Shown: one piece after another, positions 62,556 through 64,000 of the stretch
Layout: every line of letters begins with the position of its first letter
Position numbering within the stretch: the stretch's first letter is position 1
Assembly (NCBI GenBank): GCA_017432365.1
Contig: JAFRJG010000018.1
Coordinates: 27,672 to 91,671 of the forward strand
DNA: 64,000 nt
Direction: 5' to 3'
From: Candidatus Saccharimonadota bacterium
GTDB taxonomy: Bacteria; Patescibacteriota; Saccharimonadia; Saccharimonadales; Saccharimonadaceae
The notes under the pieces: model-generated
Told to the model about the DNA's origin: nothing
Databases searched by the model: none
What the model saw: only the letters and a program-made list of their open reading frames with translations
Made by a program: the position numbers and the translations under genes

Positions 62556-64000
62556 CTACCAGCCGCCTCCGCCGCCTCCGCCGCCCCCGCCGCCGGAGAA
62601 GCCGCCGCCTCCTCCGCCGGACGAGCCAGAGGAAGAGGAGACCGTTGCGGAGGAGATGGATGAAGAAGCGGAAGAACGGAAGGCGCGGAAATCGGAGGAG
62701 GAGAGGAGGTAACCGGTCATGAGCCAGTCGGGGTCGGTTACGTCGGGCATTTGGTAGTATTTATTCAATTCTTCGAGCCAGGTCGTTTCACAACCGAAGA
62801 TAATCGCGTAGGGGAGGAGTTTTTCGTAGAGTTTCGCGATTCCGGCGTTAGAAACGTCGAGATTCGGAACAGAGTGGAGAAACTTTATCCGGTCTTTTTC
62901 GGCGAGTTCGATATATTCTTTTAATCCGTCGAGATAGTTCGAGACTTCGATTCCCTTTTTCGTACGTTTTTCGTATTTGTTGTATTTCGGGGCGAGGAGA
63001 AAGAACTTCTTATTTTTCTTTTCCTCGAACAAGCCCTTCGAGAGAAGAGTCGATTCGACGTTCGTTAGGTAGCTCGTCGCGAGGCGGGCAACGTGGGAAG
63101 AGTAGCTCTGGGTTTTTACTTCTATGACGTCGCCGGTTTTGACTTTTGAACCGCCGTTAAGAATATCGAGGACGTTCTGCTCCTCGGAGAGGATTCCGGA
63201 GAGGTCTTTAGTATGGATTTTCCAGACGTTTGATTTTCGTTTGAGGATTTTTGAAGTTTTTTCGGCTTTTTCGAGCTCGATTTTATGACGAACAGCGAGT
63301 TCGAGGAGAGTGGCGATTTTTAAGTCGCCGGAAGGGGTCTTAAACCAGACAGTCGCGGCTTCGGCGACGGAAAGACCTTCGGGAGGGGTGTACTGGGTCG
63401 GTTTCGGGGTTTTAGCGAGGGCGACCTTTTCAGAATTGCGGGACTTGGCCTTGAGATGAGAACGGACAGAGGCGATGACGAGAGCGAGAAGTCCCAGGAG
63501 AAAACAACAGAGAGTCGCGAGAGGGGTTATATCTTTCTTGACGACGAAAGACTCGGGGGCGAACTCGAGGTCGACAGTCATCGTCTCGCGAGGAGCGAGG
63601 GCTGAGGCGGTCGCGAAGGAGTCCTCGGCAAATTCGAGATCGACACTCATGGTCTCTCCAGGGAGAGTCGAGGTCTGGTTTTTGAAAGTAATCGTTAAAC
63701 CGTCGGCGGAGGTTTCGGTCGTACAGCGAGAAGTGGCGGCGGAGCCGGAAGTTCCGTAGGCGCCGATATAACAAGAAGTTGAGCCGAGGAAGGAGGATTT
63801 CAGGGAGGGGTTGAGATGAACCCTGGCGGTTAGATTATGAAAAGGTTGGTCCCAACCGGTACCGTTGATGTCCCAGTAGAGTTCTTGGTTCTCAGAATTA
63901 TCGGGGGCGAGAATGACGTTGTTGAGGGTGTAATCTAAGGTATAAGTTTGGGTCCCGTGGACATAAGAGGAGGCGGAGCCGATGCGGAAACAAGTCAGCT
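62556..64000 (-). CDS. DUF2207-family membrane protein, partial. The frame stays open to the window edge, so the N-terminus lies beyond 64000.
   Basis: Translating upstream of the listed ATG (63650) by hand gives no stop and yields ELYWDINGTGWDQP, typical of the DUF2207 N-domain. Also has TM helices and a Gly-rich C-terminus ending GGGGW. Confidence 0.75.
   Translation of the reverse strand, partial: LTCFRIGSASSYVHGTQTYTLDYTLNNVILAPDNSENQELYWDINGTGWDQPFHNLTARVHLNPSLKSSFLGSTSCYIGAYGTSGSAATSRCTTETSADGLTITFKNQTSTLPGETMSVDLEFAEDSFATASALAPRETMTVDLEFAPESFVVKKDITPLATLCCFLLGLLALVIASVRSHLKAKSRNSEKVALAKTPKPTQYTPPEGLSVAEAATVWFKTPSGDLKIATLLELAVRHKIELEKAEKTSKILKRKSNVWKIHTKDLSGILSEEQNVLDILNGGSKVKTGDVIEVKTQSYSSHVARLATSYLTNVESTLLSKGLFEEKKNKKFFLLAPKYNKYEKRTKKGIEVSNYLDGLKEYIELAEKDRIKFLHSVPNLDVSNAGIAKLYEKLLPYAIIFGCETTWLEELNKYYQMPDVTDPDWLMTGYLLSSSDFRAFRSSASSSISSATVSSSSGSSGGGGGGFSGGGGGGGGGGGW
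62562..62612. repeat. GCC/TCC triplet run encoding the poly-Gly C-terminal tail
   Basis: The + strand reads gccgcctccgccgcctccgccgcccccgccgcc...gccgccgcctcctccgcc. Confidence 0.8.

Noticed and set aside
62556-62640. Repetitive GCC-rich DNA considered as a possible CRISPR or other non-coding repeat array.
   Set aside because: It is in frame and encodes the Gly-rich C-terminus of the DUF2207 protein. There is no repeat-spacer organisation.
1-64000. Alternative genetic code (UGA recoding, as in some CPR lineages).
   Set aside because: RF2 with an SPF motif is present, rnc terminates with TGA at 16445-16447, and all conserved genes are full length under code 11.
1-64000. Mobile elements, prophage, defence systems or toxin-antitoxin gene pairs.
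   Set aside because: I recognised no transposase, integrase, recombinase, reverse transcriptase, Cas, restriction-modification or typical TA protein motifs in any frame. The only repeat-flanked items are the 45712-45833 palindrome and the ORF at 6593-7204, both reported as findings instead.

Overview
About 50% GC and very gene-dense: roughly 60 CDS, many with 1-20 nt overlaps and TAATG-type stop/start junctions. The genetic code is standard, since RF2 is present and TGA terminates rnc. Nearly everything is housekeeping. Going along the window: a truncated ribosomal-protein cluster (rplC to rpsH) directly next to rpoB-rpoC; rpsP plus a KH protein; rnc, a Nudix gene, nusB and rpmF; tsaC-leuS-dnaE; an envelope block (L,D-transpeptidase, galU, membrane proteins); xseAB; rpmA; an aldolase fusion gene; uvrA; sbcB; an FKBP gene; pheST; an aquaporin; metG; rsmA; a cell-wall remodelling block (YabE-like, Ctp, PcsB-like CHAP, FtsEX); prfB; murD; an M16 peptidase; secA; hpf; serS; and a DUF2207 gene that runs off the right edge. 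The small genes, low-complexity tails on core proteins and a eukaryote-type class I aldolase suggest a reduced-genome Patescibacteria/CPR (Saccharibacteria-like) organism, but this is inference only. I found no tRNA, rRNA, CRISPR array, transposase or integrase. I see no clear multi-gene novel system. The best candidates for a second look are: (1) an orphan + strand transcription unit at 62.2-62.5 kb encoding a strongly structured ~250-nt RNA with a 26-codon ORF; (2) a GC-rich structured element after rpmA whose closing helix competes with a terminator, upstream of (3) a degenerate PfkB-like domain fused to class I fructose-bisphosphate aldolase; (4) a compositionally odd + strand ORF with a consensus promoter and upstream direct repeats, sitting where rpsL-rpsG-fusA-tuf-rpsJ normally lie; (5) an r-protein cluster with no room for L29, L24 or S10; (6) many TATAAT boxes 6-9 nt from start codons, implying leaderless mRNAs; and (7) G>C on the + strand regardless of gene orientation, with most core genes on the C-rich strand.
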